Assembly: GCA_951406725.2 (NCBI GenBank)
Contig: OX597814.1
Span: 194,804,001-194,868,000 of the forward strand
Length of the DNA: 64,000 bases
From: Octopus vulgaris
Taxonomy: Eukaryota
Direction: 5' to 3'
In this document: in pieces, positions 62,571-64,000 of the stretch
Numbering within the stretch: position 1 is the stretch's first letter
Layout of the letters: every line of letters starts with the position of its first letter
Notes under the pieces: generated by a model
Told to the model about the DNA's origin: nothing
The model's database searches: none
What the model saw: the letters and a program-made list of their open reading frames with translations, nothing else
Program-made: the position numbers and the translations under genes

Positions 62571-63254
62571 TGTAGTGAGAATATATGTTCAGTATCAAGT
62601 ATTGATATAGCTGCATGTATATTATTAGAAGAATTCTTACAGAGAAGAAGAAGAAATTTAAGAACTATACATTTACTACATAAAAATATATTTTATTCAT
62701 TGGCTGTTGATGAGATATAATCAAAATGTAGAATCTAGTTGAATGAAGTAATCTATGCAAGAAAGTTCAGAAATAGGAAATGTAGAAATAACAGCTAAGT
62801 GGTGGTTTTCAGTCATGTGGCGTCGAGAAATAGATGGACATAGCAATGACGTGAATGGTTCTAAATTTAATTGACTAAGAAGCAAAGAGCAGAGTTAGCA
62901 AGCTGTTTTTATTAATGGAACTCTAGACATTCTAGAAACTAAGCTTCTTGAATAATTAAGAATCATGTCTCATGAAACAGATGCTTCGAGAAACTTAGTA
63001 AAGAGAGGTTACTCTATAATCCTTCTTGCAGGGGAGATCATTCAACTTTTTAGCTACCACTACAGTACCATGTAAATGCACCCATGCTGGTGCTGTGTAA
63101 AAGCACTCTGTAAAATGGTTGGTGTTAAGAAGGGTATCTAGCTGCAGAAACCAAGCCAAAACAGACGGCTTCTGTCAAGCTGTCCGACCCATGCCGGGAT
63201 TGAAAACAGATGCTAAATGATGACAATGGTGATGCTACACACACATGCATGCGT

Positions 63255-63286
<32 letters not shown>

Positions 63287-63381
63287 CATATTAAGGATAT
63301 TGTTGGTTGCTTGGTCATGTCACAGAAAGGAAGAGGACTCAATCTTATTTGTGCTATTTGTCTTGTCTATTATATTTTCAC

Positions 63382-63706
63382 TGTGAAGTCATGTGGCTTA
63401 GTGGTTAGGGCATTCGGCTCACGATTGTAAGGTCGTGAGTTCAATTCCCAGCGATGCATTGTCTCCTTGAGCAACACACTTTATTTCACGTTGCTCCAGT
63501 CCACTCAGCTGGCAAAAATGAGTTGTACCTGTATTTCAAAGGGCCGGCCTTGTCACACTCTGTGTCACGCTGAATCTCCCTGAGAACTACGTCAGGGGTA
63601 CACGTGTCTGTGGATTGCTCAGTCACTTGCACGTTAATTTCACGAGCAAGCTGTTCCTTTGATCGTATCAGCTGGGACCCTCATTATTGTAACCGACGGA
63701 ATGCTC
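63382..63706 (+). mobile_element. Family C2 SINE, full length
   Basis: A-box TGGCTTAGTGG, B-box GAGTTCAATTCC, CORE-like CTCCTTGAGCAACACACTT. Confidence 0.9.
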
Positions 63707-64000
63707 CTTTATATTTTCACTACAGTGTTTTATGTCAAATAACAATAGTTTGGGAGTATTCTTGCACTACAATAATATGAGTTGATATTATGTTTGCAAA
63801 TAATAGTTGACAGTATAATTCATGGTTGAACAGTATTGTTATTGTTAATATATATTTATTGCAAATATTCAAATGAGGAATTTGCTTGATTTAATTATTA
63901 CCATGTCATGTCTTGCCCACTTTTATACAACAATTATGACACTATTATGAAAGTGTTCCTGGTTAAGCACGAGTTTTTCTAACAGATATAGGCGCAGACG

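Overview
Eukaryotic, AT-rich, repeat-saturated genomic DNA. The SINE repertoire and (TA)/(CA)/(CAT)n load point to an octopod cephalopod, probably Octopus (inference from recalled repeat families, no search run). No intact protein-coding gene is visible. Nearly all supplied ORFs are artefacts of microsatellites or SINEs. The protein-like remnants are a decayed Chapaev3-type transposase (full element 19419-23259, TIRs, TAA TSD) and fragments of RTE, CR1, Tx1/L1-like and R4-like LINEs. Five short-retroelement families dominate, under my labels: M (Meta-domain-like), C1 and C2 (CORE-like), R (GGAGGCGCAATGG head) and A (tandem-array head with an RTE-type tail). There are also Helitrons, several MITE classes and Penelope-type terminal fragments carrying minimal-hammerhead-like motifs. 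A CpG-richer island with splice donors near 7.5-7.8 kb and a candidate non-coding exon at 54852-54995 suggest the window is mostly a very long + strand 5' intron. The most interesting candidates are the array-headed family A with a conserved structured 62-66 bp unit, the hammerhead variants with a shared A6U core change, a 360 bp palindrome, and SINE dimers that inserted as units. Coordinates of decayed copies are approximate.
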